Shown here: in pieces, positions 8,938 through 18,438 of the stretch
Numbering within the stretch: position 1 is the first letter of the stretch
How the letters are laid out: every line of letters begins with the position of its first letter
From: Anaerolineales bacterium
Lineage (GTDB): Bacteria; Chloroflexota; Anaerolineae; Anaerolineales; UBA4823
DNA length: 64,000 bases
Assembly (NCBI GenBank): GCA_027494035.1
Contig: JAOSJQ010000001.1
Coordinates: 1,609,675 to 1,673,674, forward strand
Direction of reading: 5' to 3'
Translations under genes and position numbers: made by a program
The notes under the pieces: model-generated
Told to the model about the DNA's origin: nothing
Databases searched by the model: none
Seen by the model: the letters and a program-made list of their open reading frames with translations, nothing else

Positions 8938-10060
8938 CTATTTGCTGCTGCTCATCCCCTTGCGCGCCGAGATCACGGTCACAACTAAGAACAAAATGAC
9001 CGCCACCTCGTTGAACAGCCCCCCAGCGACGGATCGACTGCGACAGCAGCAGGTCGCCGGCAATGCGCAGCGCTAGGGACAAGTGCAAAAGGCTCAAATG
9101 AACGTAAAAAACCGAGAGGTATTTTATCGGCACCCCCATCACGGCTGGAATGATCACCGGCGCGTGCCCAAAGATCATCGAAAACACAAATCCGATAAAG
9201 ATGGTGTGCAGCATCGCGTCGTAGATCGAACCCGCCGGATAACTGCCGCCAAAGATCATCCACAAGACGCCCCCCAGCGTCAGCCAGAGGTAACCGGGCA
9301 GCAGACAAGCCGCGATATAGCGGGTCAACCCTTGTTGACGGATCGTGTGCCGGGCAATATCGTAACGAAACAGCCATACCCCCAGAGCCGCCAGTCCAAA
9401 CCCGGCAATGCGGACACCCGCGTCAAAAGCCGCCAGGGAAACAAACAACCCGACCAGCACGATTCCGGTGATGACCAGGAAAAGTGTGCGAACAGTTTTC
9501 GTAAGAACCAGCACCCGCGTCAACTCGAGCCGCTCGCCCGCGATGGTCAATACCAGGAACGCAGCCCACCACGGCGCCACCCGAAACACCGGCAGCCCAG
9601 CCATCCAGAGCGCGTTCCCCACCAGCCACAGAAAAACGCCCAGACCCATCACAGCCGAGTGCGTGGCGGGCTGCAGGCGATAGATGATGATAAAAATGAT
9701 GAGGAACCCTAACGCAGCCAGTGTAATCAATAGATGCGGCACAAAAATGGGTACCGGGAAAAACAGCGCCACACCCCCCAACCCCGCCAACAGAGGCACC
9801 AGATAATAAATCCGTCGCCCATGTTGCAGTTGACTCAGCGCCACCGCCCGCTCCAGGCTGATCAAGGTCCCCAGGAAGCCGGCGACCATCAGCGGTCCGT
9901 GTTCGAGTAACACTTGGGTGGAGATGGATGGGATTTGCCAGCCAATGCGCAGCAAACCCGCCCACAGCCCAGCCACGAGCGCGCTGAGCGACAAAACCAT
10001 CAGCGGTATACGCAGCCGGCTGCGTTTCGCAAAAGGTGAGCCAGTAATATTGAACGCCAT
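8938..10060 (-). CDS. Polytopic membrane protein (about 10 TM; uncharacterised, found in NO-response contexts); frameshift at a C6 run
   Basis: ORF 8807..10060 has a non-membrane-like tail. Dropping one C from C6 at 9009-9014 gives ...RRWGLFNEVAVILFLVVTVISARKGMSSSK* ending at 8938 and removes the overlap with the glyoxalase gene. Conserved His: LEHGPLMVAGF, FGHAPVIIPAV. Confidence 0.55.
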
Positions 10061-10112
10061 TTTTAAGGCAACTCTCTTGAATTAAAATTCACTGCGTGCA
10101 GTTTCGTTCGCC

Positions 10113-10150
10113 CCGCCTGTCAGAGGTCAAGTTTCGCCTCTGACAGGCGG
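10113..10150. promoter_or_regulatory. Perfect 14-bp inverted repeat (hairpin) between two minus-strand genes
   Basis: CCGCCTGTCAGAGG (10113-10126) - 10 nt - CCTCTGACAGGCGG (10137-10150). No convincing U-tract on either strand. Confidence 0.4.
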
Positions 10151-10163
10151 AGAAATAGCCTGA

Positions 10164-10397
10164 TTATTGGCTGCGCCCGATGCGCACGCGCCAGGTTTCA
10201 GGACCTGATTCCAGGTATTCCCAGGAAAACTCGCCGGTCCGCTCAGCTTGAAATTGATAATAGAGCGGCTTGGGATCGTGGTCATTCACCAGGATAAACC
10301 CCTCCCCGTGCGGCAGGTTATCGAACCGTTCGAAGATCATGGGGTGTCGCTGCGCCGGGGGAATGCTGCGAATATCCAGTAACGAATCGTTGCTCAT
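10164..10397 (-). CDS. DUF2249-like small protein
   Basis: 77 aa. IPPAQRHPMIFERFDNLPHGEGFILVNDHDPKPLYYQF resembles the DUF2249 family that accompanies hemerythrin/NO genes. Confidence 0.6.
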   Translation of the reverse strand: MSNDSLLDIRSIPPAQRHPMIFERFDNLPHGEGFILVNDHDPKPLYYQFQAERTGEFSWEYLESGPETWRVRIGRSQ

Positions 10398-10414
10398 CTT
10401 AAATCTCCTTTTAC

Positions 10415-10681
10415 CTATATTGATTTGGCGGGCTCTTTGCGGATCAAATAATGATATTCACGCTTCCAGAAGTGCCCGATTTTCTCTGCGTTTAAGATCG
10501 TATTCCCGGAACGGGCTGCCCAGTCCGTAAGCTCCTTCTGCGAAGCTGCGTCAGTGCTGAGGACTGCCAGGGTTTCTCCGGGGGCAAGGGCTTCCATTTT
10601 ATCCAAAAGTTCGACAAAGCCGGCAGCGCAGTTGCTGCCGCGGTTATCCAGGGTTTGGGTAGCAGCCGATAAATCGTTCAT
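10415..10681 (-). CDS. TusA/SirA-like small protein (non-canonical Cys motif)
   Basis: 88 aa. LDNRGSNCAAGFVELLDKMEALAPGETLAVLSTD follows the TusA LDxRGxxCPxP...G..L.v..d pattern, but with CAAG instead of CPxP. Confidence 0.5.
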   Translation of the reverse strand: MNDLSAATQTLDNRGSNCAAGFVELLDKMEALAPGETLAVLSTDAASQKELTDWAARSGNTILNAEKIGHFWKREYHYLIRKEPAKSI

Positions 10682-10684
10682 AGG

Positions 10685-11662
10685 TCACGCATCTTTCTGG
10701 TAAAGATCGTCGATCTTGCACATGCCCGAAATGGGCGAGCAGGCGCGCCACATCGGGCAGGTGATAAAGACGACGATGAGGACGCCCACGAGGAGGATTT
10801 TGGTCAAGATCAACAAACCGAAAGTGGAGGTTGTCAGCGCGGTAAAGCTCAACCCGACATAGCGGTAAGCCTGGATGAGACCCGTGACAATCAACGTGGG
10901 CAGGATGATGCGCACTGCAACCCGAAAGCGTTCGAGCTGCTGGCTGGCGGCTAAAACCACCGGCAGCGAAACAATCGAACGCGCTGCTGGGACGGTGATA
11001 AAAATATTCCACACCGCGCCGCCAAACCACAAGCTAAAGGCAGCCAGGTGTATCCCGCGCACCAGCAGCGGCAAGGGCTGTCCACCTTGGGTCAGGAACA
11101 CGTCAAAAGTTGCTTGGACAAACGCATTGATTACCAACAGAGCCAGCAGCAACCGGGCGGTGAGGCGCTCGCTGAAAGGATCGTCCGGTTTGACGCGCCG
11201 GAAAATGTCAAAGCCAGCAGCCAACGCAATGGCTGCGAGTAAGATCGCCTCGAACCAGACCAACCCGCCCGCGATCCCCCAGCGCGCAAAACGGAGCAGG
11301 TCATAGCCGGCGGTCAGGATGAACACCGGTAAAGCAAATTGCATCAGTTTGCGGAAACGGGCAAACTCGCCCGTGGTAAAGCGCGCAAAAGCGGAGCGAT
11401 GTTCGGGGCGCTCTGCCGGTTCGGTGAACAGCGCCTTCCACATGGTTCCCCCAGCCAGAAAGGCGAAGCTGACCAGGTGCAGCCAGCGCGGGATAACCTG
11501 CAGCCAGGCGCCTGCGCCGTGAGTGGTCATTGTCAGCCAGACGCCGACAAAAGAAGCGATGCTGATAACGGTCAGCGCTACCTTGGGCAGTACGTATTTA
11601 TCCAGCAGGTGCGTCGAAGCCGTTACCGGAACGGAGGATTGGATCGTGTTTGTATTGTTCAT
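10685..11662 (-). CDS. Polytopic membrane protein, tentatively CopD-like
   Basis: True start is probably MNNTNTIQ, with an ATGA overlap with the mrp stop at 11659-11662. About 8 TM; HLVSFAFLAGG..W and HLAAFSLWFGGAVW repeats resemble CopD-type His-containing helices. The functional call is weak. Confidence 0.45.
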   Translation of the reverse strand: MNNTNTIQSSVPVTASTHLLDKYVLPKVALTVISIASFVGVWLTMTTHGAGAWLQVIPRWLHLVSFAFLAGGTMWKALFTEPAERPEHRSAFARFTTGEFARFRKLMQFALPVFILTAGYDLLRFARWGIAGGLVWFEAILLAAIALAAGFDIFRRVKPDDPFSERLTARLLLALLVINAFVQATFDVFLTQGGQPLPLLVRGIHLAAFSLWFGGAVWNIFITVPAARSIVSLPVVLAASQQLERFRVAVRIILPTLIVTGLIQAYRYVGLSFTALTTSTFGLLILTKILLVGVLIVVFITCPMWRACSPISGMCKIDDLYQKDA

Positions 11663-12722
11663 GATTCGATCTCCAGAACCGCCTGGGTTAAGCCCAGGCG
11701 ATCCACAACAGACTGGGCAAGGTCGTGGAACACTGCGCTTGAGGTTGTTTTCGGGTCGAGAACCGCGGGCAGCCCTCGATCCGAGTCCTCGCGGATCGCC
11801 GTCTCCAGGGGCAGCTCCGCCAGCAGCGGCAAACCGAATTCGTCTGCCAGCTTCTTGGCGCCGCCCTGACCGAAGATATGGTGCAGGTGGTCGCAATCGG
11901 GGCAGCGGAAATAGCTCATGTTCTCGACCAGTCCAAACACAGGTACGTTGACTTTCTGGAACATTGTCAAGCCTTTGCGGGCGTCATCCAGGGCAACTGG
12001 CTGCGGCGTGGAGACGATGATCGCTCCGCTGATGGGTATTCGCTGCGAGAGCGACAGTTGGGCGTCGCCGGTTCCCGGCGGCAGATCCACGATCAGGACA
12101 TCCAACTCCCCCAATCCACTTCTTGCAGGAACTCCCGAATGGCTTTGTCGATCATTGGTCCCCGCCAAATGACTGGGGCGTCTTTTCCGGCAAAACCCAA
12201 AGACATTACTTTGACGCCATGGGCTGTGGCAGGCGCCAGCCTGCCGTTAACCGCCGGCGGAAGCTTTTCAACCCCTAACATGCGCGGGATATTGGGCCCG
12301 TGGATATCGGCATCCAGCAAGCCCACCCGCAACCCGAATTGAGCCAGCATCACTGCCAGGTTGACCGCCACGGTGCTCTTCCCCACCCCGCCTTTGCCCG
12401 AAGCGATCGCCACAACGTGCTGGATCCCCGGGATCCTTTCGGGTTCCGGCGCGCCGGTAGTGACCTTGCGGGATGGGGCGGGTTTGCCGACTTGTAACTG
12501 CACTTCTTCCACACCGGGCACCGCGAGCGCAGCCCGGGTCACCTCGGCGGCGATCGCGCGCTGAGTATCTTCCGGCAGGTTTGCGATCACCAGACCGATT
12601 CTGGCGGTTGCGCCTTCCATTAGAACGCCGTGCACCAATCCAAACGAAACGATATCGCGCGAAAAGCCCGGATATTTCACTTCGCGCAGCGCACGGAAAA
12701 CGGCATCTTTGATCGTATCCAT
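11659..12722 (-). CDS. mrp: Mrp/ApbC/NBP35-family Fe-S cluster carrier ATPase with N-terminal DUF59; frameshift at a C5 run
   Basis: ORFs 12093..12722 and 11659..12168 join if one base is added to C5 at 12108-12112 (...FLQEVDWG|ELDVLIVDLPPGTGD). Walker A SGKGGVGKST; CPDC metal-ligand motif. Confidence 0.85.
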
Positions 12723-12740
12723 GACTTATCTTCCGATCCC

Positions 12741-13064
12741 TCACAAACCCAACTGGGCGCGCCCTTTGGGGGAAATCATCAGCGAGTTCCAGGGCGGATC
12801 CCAAACGAGCTCAACCGAGACGCCGGTGATGCCCGGAACCGAGCGCCACAACACCCGCTCGATTTCTTGCGCAAAACTGGCATGGAGCGGGCAGCCGGGT
12901 GTAGTGAGAGTCATTACAATTTTAAGGCGGCCTTCCTCCGTGATCTCTGTGCTGTAGATCAGACCCAGATCAACGATGTTGATCCCCAATTCGGGGTCGA
13001 TGACTTCCGACAACGCCGCGGTGATCAGCTCTTCTACAATGGGGGTGGATAACAGTTCGGTCAT
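12741..13064 (-). CDS. DUF59 / SufT-like Fe-S assembly protein
   Basis: MTELLSTPIVEELITAALSEVIDPELGINIVDLGLIY...TLTTPGCPL is the classic DUF59 (MIP18) signature. Confidence 0.75.
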   Translation of the reverse strand: MTELLSTPIVEELITAALSEVIDPELGINIVDLGLIYSTEITEEGRLKIVMTLTTPGCPLHASFAQEIERVLWRSVPGITGVSVELVWDPPWNSLMISPKGRAQLGL

Positions 13065-13285
13065 ATATCGCTCCCCAGCACAATCTGGTACGGCAAGGAG
13101 ATCGCCTCGACTGGACAGATTGACTCGCAGATCCCACAGTAGTTGCATGCCTCCGGGTCTGCGACGGCCGCAACGTTTGTGGTGAAGAGCTCCAGGACAT
13201 CTGTAGGGCAGGCGTCGACGCAATCGCCGCAACCCGTGCAGACTTCGTCATCGATTTGAGGGGTCCAGATTGTCATATCATTCAT
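13061..13285 (-). CDS. 2x[4Fe-4S] ferredoxin
   Basis: Two CxxCxxCxxxCP motifs (CTGCGDCVDACP, CNYCGICESICP). ATGA overlap with the DUF59 gene. Confidence 0.8.
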   Translation of the reverse strand: MNDMTIWTPQIDDEVCTGCGDCVDACPTDVLELFTTNVAAVADPEACNYCGICESICPVEAISLPYQIVLGSDI

Positions 13286-13377
13286 CGTTCACCAATTCCT
13301 TTTCTTAGCAAACTCATAGCCGTCTGCCAGCCACTTGTTTGCTGCTACCAGGATAACTGGTGAAAAAAACTTCTGCC

Positions 13378-13391
13378 TTGATATTAATCAA
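13378..13391. promoter_or_regulatory. Perfect FNR/Dnr-type box TTGATATTAATCAA
   Basis: Matches the TTGAT-N4-ATCAA consensus exactly. Lies just past the nirK stop, about 93 nt upstream of the ferredoxin ATG (13285, minus strand). Confidence 0.65.
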
Positions 13392-13398
13392 GTGCGCG

Positions 13399-14892
13399 TT
13401 ATGGGTTTGCCGGTCCCTTACGAAAGATGTCGGGTTGTTCCGGTCCTTCCACGACCAGATAGCCTACCAGACCGCGCTCCGTGCGGCTGAGTGCATGATC
13501 CACCAGAAGATAGGTCCCCGGAACATCCACGCGAAACTCGACCATGACCGCGCCGCCAGGCGGAACGGTTACGGTTTGTACATTAGTCAAAGGAGCGCTG
13601 GTGAGCGAGGCGAAGCTGTACACCCGATCGAAGATTTCACCGATGACGTGGAACGACGAGGTCTTGTTCGGACCGCCAACGCCGAAGAAAATGCGCACGA
13701 CCTCGCCCACTTTGGCGGTGAGGACGTTTTCGTCTTTCGTCAGACCTTTATCTGACCCGTTAAAGATGTAATATTCGGGCATCTCGTGGCTCATCTTATC
13801 GGCGCTGAAATCGAGCTGCCCCGTTGAGCCATAAGCCTGTTCGGTATACAGTTCGCCCTGCATAACGTAATATTCCTTATCAACCGGCGGCAAACCTTCT
13901 TCCGGCTCGACCAGGATCATGCCGTACATGCCGTTGCTGATGTGGTGCGGTACGCTGGGCGTGGCGCAATGATAGACATACAAGCCCACCGCTAACGGCT
14001 TGAAGGTGAAAACATTTTCTTCCCCGGGTTTGGTTTCGGTATAGACCATCCCTCCGCCAGGACCGTTGACTGCGTGCAGATCGATCGAATGCGAAAACAG
14101 GCTTTCAGCCGCGTTGGACAGTTTCAATTCGACGGTATCGCCCAGGCGGACGCGCAACATGGGGCCCGGCACGGTGCCGTTGAAGGTGAAGTAACCGTAA
14201 GTTGTGCCATCGGACAACTGACCGATCACTTCCTTGGCTTCCAGTTCGACCCTTACAATTTGCGGTTCGCGTTCGCCGATCTCCGCCGGGATATCCGCGG
14301 GATGATGGACAACGTTCTCGCCCTGGGCAACCTGAGCTGTCGTTCCAGAGGCTGCCTCCCCCACTTGCAGCGTCCCCCACATGCCTGCCTGGCGATGACC
14401 CGGGACCGCGCAGTAATAGACGTAGCTGCCCGCCTGATCGACCGTGAACTTCAGCGTTACTTGCGTTCCTTTTTCTGTCATTTGACCGGTGGTTTGGTTG
14501 AACTCATCAATCGTCAGGTCGTGCAGCATGCCATCGCCATTGATCACGGTGATTTCAACCGTGTCTCCGGGTTTGGCGGTCAGGGTGGGGTTGACAACCC
14601 CGTCAATGTCGCCGCCTTTACCGATGAAAGCCAACCCATACGTGTCGCTGCTGGTTACCAACGTGTAAGAGACATTCGCCTCGGTTTGGGCTATGGGTTC
14701 GGCTTGTTGGGCTTGCGGCTCCGATGGTTGAACTTGCGCCGCTGGTTGTTGGGCTATTGGCGCCGGTTGTTGGAGCGTTTTCTTTTCTTTTGTGGTGGGC
14801 GGTGGAGTGATCGTGCTGCTTTTTCCCGCACATGCACTGAGAACAAAGACGGCTGCCAGCAAAAGCCCGATCATGTTTCTAGTAGCTTTCAT
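13399..14892 (-). CDS. nirK: Copper-containing nitrite reductase NirK with N-terminal lipoprotein signal and extra cupredoxin domain
   Basis: Lipobox LSAC. N-terminal cupredoxin YVYYCAVPGHRQAGMWGTLQV. NirK core HSIDLHAVNGPGGG and YVYHCATPSVPHHISNGMYGMILVEP. Confidence 0.85.
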   Translation of the reverse strand: MKATRNMIGLLLAAVFVLSACAGKSSTITPPPTTKEKKTLQQPAPIAQQPAAQVQPSEPQAQQAEPIAQTEANVSYTLVTSSDTYGLAFIGKGGDIDGVVNPTLTAKPGDTVEITVINGDGMLHDLTIDEFNQTTGQMTEKGTQVTLKFTVDQAGSYVYYCAVPGHRQAGMWGTLQVGEAASGTTAQVAQGENVVHHPADIPAEIGEREPQIVRVELEAKEVIGQLSDGTTYGYFTFNGTVPGPMLRVRLGDTVELKLSNAAESLFSHSIDLHAVNGPGGGMVYTETKPGEENVFTFKPLAVGLYVYHCATPSVPHHISNGMYGMILVEPEEGLPPVDKEYYVMQGELYTEQAYGSTGQLDFSADKMSHEMPEYYIFNGSDKGLTKDENVLTAKVGEVVRIFFGVGGPNKTSSFHVIGEIFDRVYSFASLTSAPLTNVQTVTVPPGGAVMVEFRVDVPGTYLLVDHALSRTERGLVGYLVVEGPEQPDIFRKGPANP

Positions 14893-15064
14893 TACAGTCT
14901 TTCCCTTCTCATCCTAAGAATATCTAAAGTCTGATTTTCTGAGGCGCTTGTGTTGCACACTTGATCCTCAGCCGGTCGATTAAAGAATCAAACGCTGCCG
15001 AGGCGCGAACCAAACAAGCCCCAAAACAACGATGTAAGCTTAGGTAATTAATTCGGATGTGTAA

Positions 15065-15078
15065 TTGATTTTAATCAA
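15065..15078. promoter_or_regulatory. Perfect FNR/Dnr-type box TTGATTTTAATCAA
   Basis: Exact TTGAT-N4-ATCAA. Lies immediately after the stop of the Crp/Fnr gene and about 175 nt upstream of the nirK ATG (14892, minus strand). Confidence 0.65.
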
Positions 15079-15083
15079 GTTGG

Positions 15084-15761
15084 TTAAAGTTGCGCTTGTT
15101 GGCGGAGAACTTCCAGATCGGTGATGACGATGCGATGGCGGTTAAAACTGATGGCGCCGGCGATTTCCAGGGCGCGCAGCGAGCGGCTGATGGATTCGGG
15201 CGTCGTTGCCAGGTAGTTTGCAATGAGCGCCCGGGTGACGGCTGGATGAGCCAGGGCGGGGTCTTCGATTTGTTCCACCAAAAAGCGGGCGAGCCGGGCT
15301 GTGACCGTGCGCAAAGCCAAGTCTTCCACCTGAACCGTCAGTGCGCGCATGCGCCCCACCAGTCCCTGGATGACCGCCAGGCTCAGTTCGTGGTCTTCCT
15401 GAAGCGCGCGGTTGAATACCTCCCCCGAAATGACCCAGGCTTCTACGTCTGTAACAGCCATCGCGCTGGCGGCGTTGGGCGCATTATCCAGAGCAGCCAG
15501 TTCGTTGAAAGCCTCGCCAGGACCAACGAACCGCAGGATGTACTCCTGACCCTCGGGGGAGAGCTTATAAAGCTTGACGTGACCTTTTTCCAATCCCCAC
15601 AAACCCGCCGATCCTTCTCCCTCCAGGAAAATAATCTGTCCCGCAGAAAAAGAGCGGCAGATTGCCCCCTCAGCCAGGCGTTTCAAGTGGATTTCAGAAA
15701 TGTGAAAAAAACTGGGAATACGTTGCAATAATTTCAGCAAAGGAATGCTATCCTCACTCAT
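15084..15761 (-). CDS. Crp/Fnr-family transcription regulator (Dnr/NnrR-like by context)
   Basis: cNMP-binding-like beta-roll (GQIIFLEGEGSAGLWGLEKGHVKLYKLSPEGQE) plus C-terminal HTH (TRALIANYLATTPESISRSLRALE). No N-terminal Cys cluster seen. Confidence 0.8.
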   Translation of the reverse strand: MSEDSIPLLKLLQRIPSFFHISEIHLKRLAEGAICRSFSAGQIIFLEGEGSAGLWGLEKGHVKLYKLSPEGQEYILRFVGPGEAFNELAALDNAPNAASAMAVTDVEAWVISGEVFNRALQEDHELSLAVIQGLVGRMRALTVQVEDLALRTVTARLARFLVEQIEDPALAHPAVTRALIANYLATTPESISRSLRALEIAGAISFNRHRIVITDLEVLRQQAQL

Positions 15762-15981
15762 CCGCCTGGCGCCAGTTTGTTGTGGAAATCGTTGCTCTCG
15801 CCAATGATAACCGATAAACACCCGGGCTGGTCATGTAAATCCTTTGGCAGTAAGAAAATCCACCAAATTGCTTAAGGAATTTCCGCATTTATTGGATGAC
15901 AGATCCGGCGGGATAAGTTAAGCTTGACGTACTCAACAGGTGATGAGAAATAGAAGGCAAAGCTCTCATTTGGAGGCGACG

Positions 15982-16521
15982 ATGGTTCAAAGGATTTTGG
16001 TGCCGTTAGACGGTTCTAAGCGGGCAGAGTCAGCCCTGCCTTTGGCTTGTTCACTTGCGAGCAAAGACGACGCCCAAATGATCCTGCTCCACATTTTGGA
16101 GTACCCCTCCGAGGTGTATTCGGGTTTGGCGTATTCAGGATTCGCCCCCCGGCCTCTTGCAGACCCCGCAGTGAATGAAAAGACCCAGGAGAAGAAAGAA
16201 GCCATCTACAACAAGGTGAAAGGCTACCTGGAAGAGACGGCTGCGAGAATCGGCTCCAGCGCGCTAAGCGTATCGATTGAAATTCACGAAGGCCCGGTCG
16301 TTGAAACGATATTAAGTTCTATCGAGAAATTGGGGGTCAATCTGATTGTAATGTCGTCAACCGGCGAAGATCGCAGCCCGTGGATGTTAGGCGCCATCGC
16401 GGATCGCATCTTACGCGAAGCCTATGCGCCGGTGGTGCTGTTGAGAGAAGGTCCCGGCGGTTTGGGTCCGGATTGCCCCGCCCTCCAGGGAGAATCTTTG
16501 CCGAAACTTATCGAAAGCTAG
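15982..16521 (+). CDS. Universal stress protein (UspA family)
   Basis: MVQRILVPLDGSKRAESALPLA...NLIVMSSTGEDRSPWMLGAIADRILREAYAPVVLL. A GGAGG SD precedes the internal Met. Confidence 0.8.
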   Translation: MVQRILVPLDGSKRAESALPLACSLASKDDAQMILLHILEYPSEVYSGLAYSGFAPRPLADPAVNEKTQEKKEAIYNKVKGYLEETAARIGSSALSVSIEIHEGPVVETILSSIEKLGVNLIVMSSTGEDRSPWMLGAIADRILREAYAPVVLLREGPGGLGPDCPALQGESLPKLIES

Positions 16522-16522
16522 A

Positions 16523-17044
16523 ATGAATAGAGAGGATAATGGTATGGACAAGAGCAATGAGCAACGCATTAAGTATTCCGAACTGACGCCAGCCGGCATC
16601 GAGCCGCTGATCAAACTCGAGGCTTACATCAAGCACTCGGGGTTGGAGTCAGAGCTGGTAGAGCTGGTAAAATTGCGCGCCTCCCAGATCAACGGCTGCG
16701 CCTTTTGTATTGATATGCACACCAAGGATGCGCGCAGCCACGGAGAAAGCGAACAACGCCTGTATGGGATAAGCGCCTGGCACGAGTCGTCTTTCTACAC
16801 CGAGCGTGAGCGGGCAGCCCTCGCCTGGTGCGAAGCGGTCACAAAAGTCAGCGAGAGCCATGTGCCGCTGGAAGTCTACGAGCAAACCCGCCAGCAGTTC
16901 AGCGAAAAGGAGCTGGTGGACCTGACGCTGGCAGTGATCGCGATCAATTCCTGGAACCGCCTGGCGATCAGCTTCCGCACCCCGCCTGGCTCTTATCAAC
17001 CCGACCACCCGGTCGCGCAAAAAACGGTCCTGAGCAGGAATTGA
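16523..17044 (+). CDS. AhpD-like / carboxymuconolactone decarboxylase-family protein
   Basis: LRASQINGCAFCIDMH: the CxxC-containing AhpD/CMD motif. Confidence 0.75.
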   Translation: MNREDNGMDKSNEQRIKYSELTPAGIEPLIKLEAYIKHSGLESELVELVKLRASQINGCAFCIDMHTKDARSHGESEQRLYGISAWHESSFYTERERAALAWCEAVTKVSESHVPLEVYEQTRQQFSEKELVDLTLAVIAINSWNRLAISFRTPPGSYQPDHPVAQKTVLSRN

Positions 17045-17105
17045 TCTCAGGATGGCTTGAGTGAGCCTTTGCTGGATGTTTTTCTGAAAGCAGCGAGCGA
17101 ATCTG

Positions 17106-18038
17106 TTGGCGTCATACTCCTTTTCGCTCGAACCTACACCGCCTTTCCGGCTCGACCTGACCGCCTGGATTCTATGCCGCCGCCCCGATAACCTGGTTGA
17201 CCGCTGGGATGGACAGGTTTATCGGCGGGTGCTGGTTTTGAATGACAAGCCGGTTGAAATAGAGGTTACGCAGGTGAGCGCGCCGGATGCGCCGCGATTG
17301 AAGGTTATACTGAACGGCGCCGGCGCTGACCCTGGGTTGGAGCCGCTGGCTTCCGCCGCGCTGGAGCGTTTATTGGGCATTCGCATTGACTTGAGTGAGT
17401 TCTACCGGTTTGCGGAGAGCCGCGCCGACCTGAAGTATCTGGCTGACCGGTTTCAGGGTTCAAAACCGCCCCGCTTTCCGACTTACTTCGAAACTCTAGC
17501 CAATGCGATTGCCTGCCAGCAGCTTTCGCTCACTGTGGGAATTCGACTGCTCAACCGCCTGTCACAGGCGTATGGGCAGTCTCTCCGCACGGAGGCAGGC
17601 GTCTTTTACTCCTTTCCCCGCCCCGAGGACCTGGCAGGCGCGCAGGTTGAAGACCTGCGCCAGATCGGTTACAGCAACCAGAAGGGGCGCTATTTGATCG
17701 GTCTGGCACAGGCGATTGCGGATCGCCAGCTTAACCTGGATGAGATTGAAATACTGGAAGACAGCGCGGCAATTGAACAGTTGCGCAGCATCAAAGGGGT
17801 GGGGCGCTGGACGGCAGAATATTTCCTGCTGCGCGGCTTGGGGCGGACGCACATCTTCCCGGGGGACGATGTTGGCGCGCGCAATCACTTGCAGCGCTGG
17901 CTGGGCTTGCCCGACCGCTTGGACTACACGAGCGTTCACCAGACGCTCGCAGATTGGTCAGGGTACGGCGGGCTGGTCTATTTTCATTTGCTTTTGAAGA
18001 GCCTGGCAGAAACAGGAAACATACTGGAGTTTGAATAA
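17106..18038 (+). CDS. HhH-GPD DNA glycosylase (AlkA-like)
   Basis: IKGVGRWTAEYFLLRGLGRTHIFPGDDVG: helix-hairpin-helix plus Gly/Pro loop plus catalytic Asp. Confidence 0.75.
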   Translation: MASYSFSLEPTPPFRLDLTAWILCRRPDNLVDRWDGQVYRRVLVLNDKPVEIEVTQVSAPDAPRLKVILNGAGADPGLEPLASAALERLLGIRIDLSEFYRFAESRADLKYLADRFQGSKPPRFPTYFETLANAIACQQLSLTVGIRLLNRLSQAYGQSLRTEAGVFYSFPRPEDLAGAQVEDLRQIGYSNQKGRYLIGLAQAIADRQLNLDEIEILEDSAAIEQLRSIKGVGRWTAEYFLLRGLGRTHIFPGDDVGARNHLQRWLGLPDRLDYTSVHQTLADWSGYGGLVYFHLLLKSLAETGNILEFE

Positions 18039-18043
18039 GGGAG

Positions 18044-18394
18044 ATGTCTATGATAAACGTCAAGCGGGTCTATGAAGCTTATAGCGCCGATGACGGCGCG
18101 CGTTATCTGGTTGAGCGGTTATGGCCGCGGGGCATGAAAAAGGAAGACCTGATCATGAACGCCTGGGTTAAAGAGGTCGCTCCCAGTAACGAATTAAGAC
18201 GCTGGTTCAACCACGATCCGGCGAAGTGGGGCGAATTCCAACGCCGTTATCGGGCTGAACTGGACGCCAACCCCGAGGCCTGGAAGCCCTTGTTAGACGC
18301 TTCCAAAAAAGGCAAGGTGACCCTGTTGTACTCCGCGCGAGACACCGTGCATAACAACGCGCTTACGCTCAAGTCGTATCTGGAAGAGCATTAG
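18044..18394 (+). CDS. DUF488-family protein
   Basis: VKRVYEAYSADDGARYLVERLWPRGMKKEDL...WVKEVAPSNELRRWFNHDP...VTLLYSARD matches the DUF488 pattern. Confidence 0.7.
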   Translation: MSMINVKRVYEAYSADDGARYLVERLWPRGMKKEDLIMNAWVKEVAPSNELRRWFNHDPAKWGEFQRRYRAELDANPEAWKPLLDASKKGKVTLLYSARDTVHNNALTLKSYLEEH

Positions 18395-18438
18395 TCTGGC
18401 TGATGCGCCCCAGTATTTAACCAAGGCGGCGATATCGG

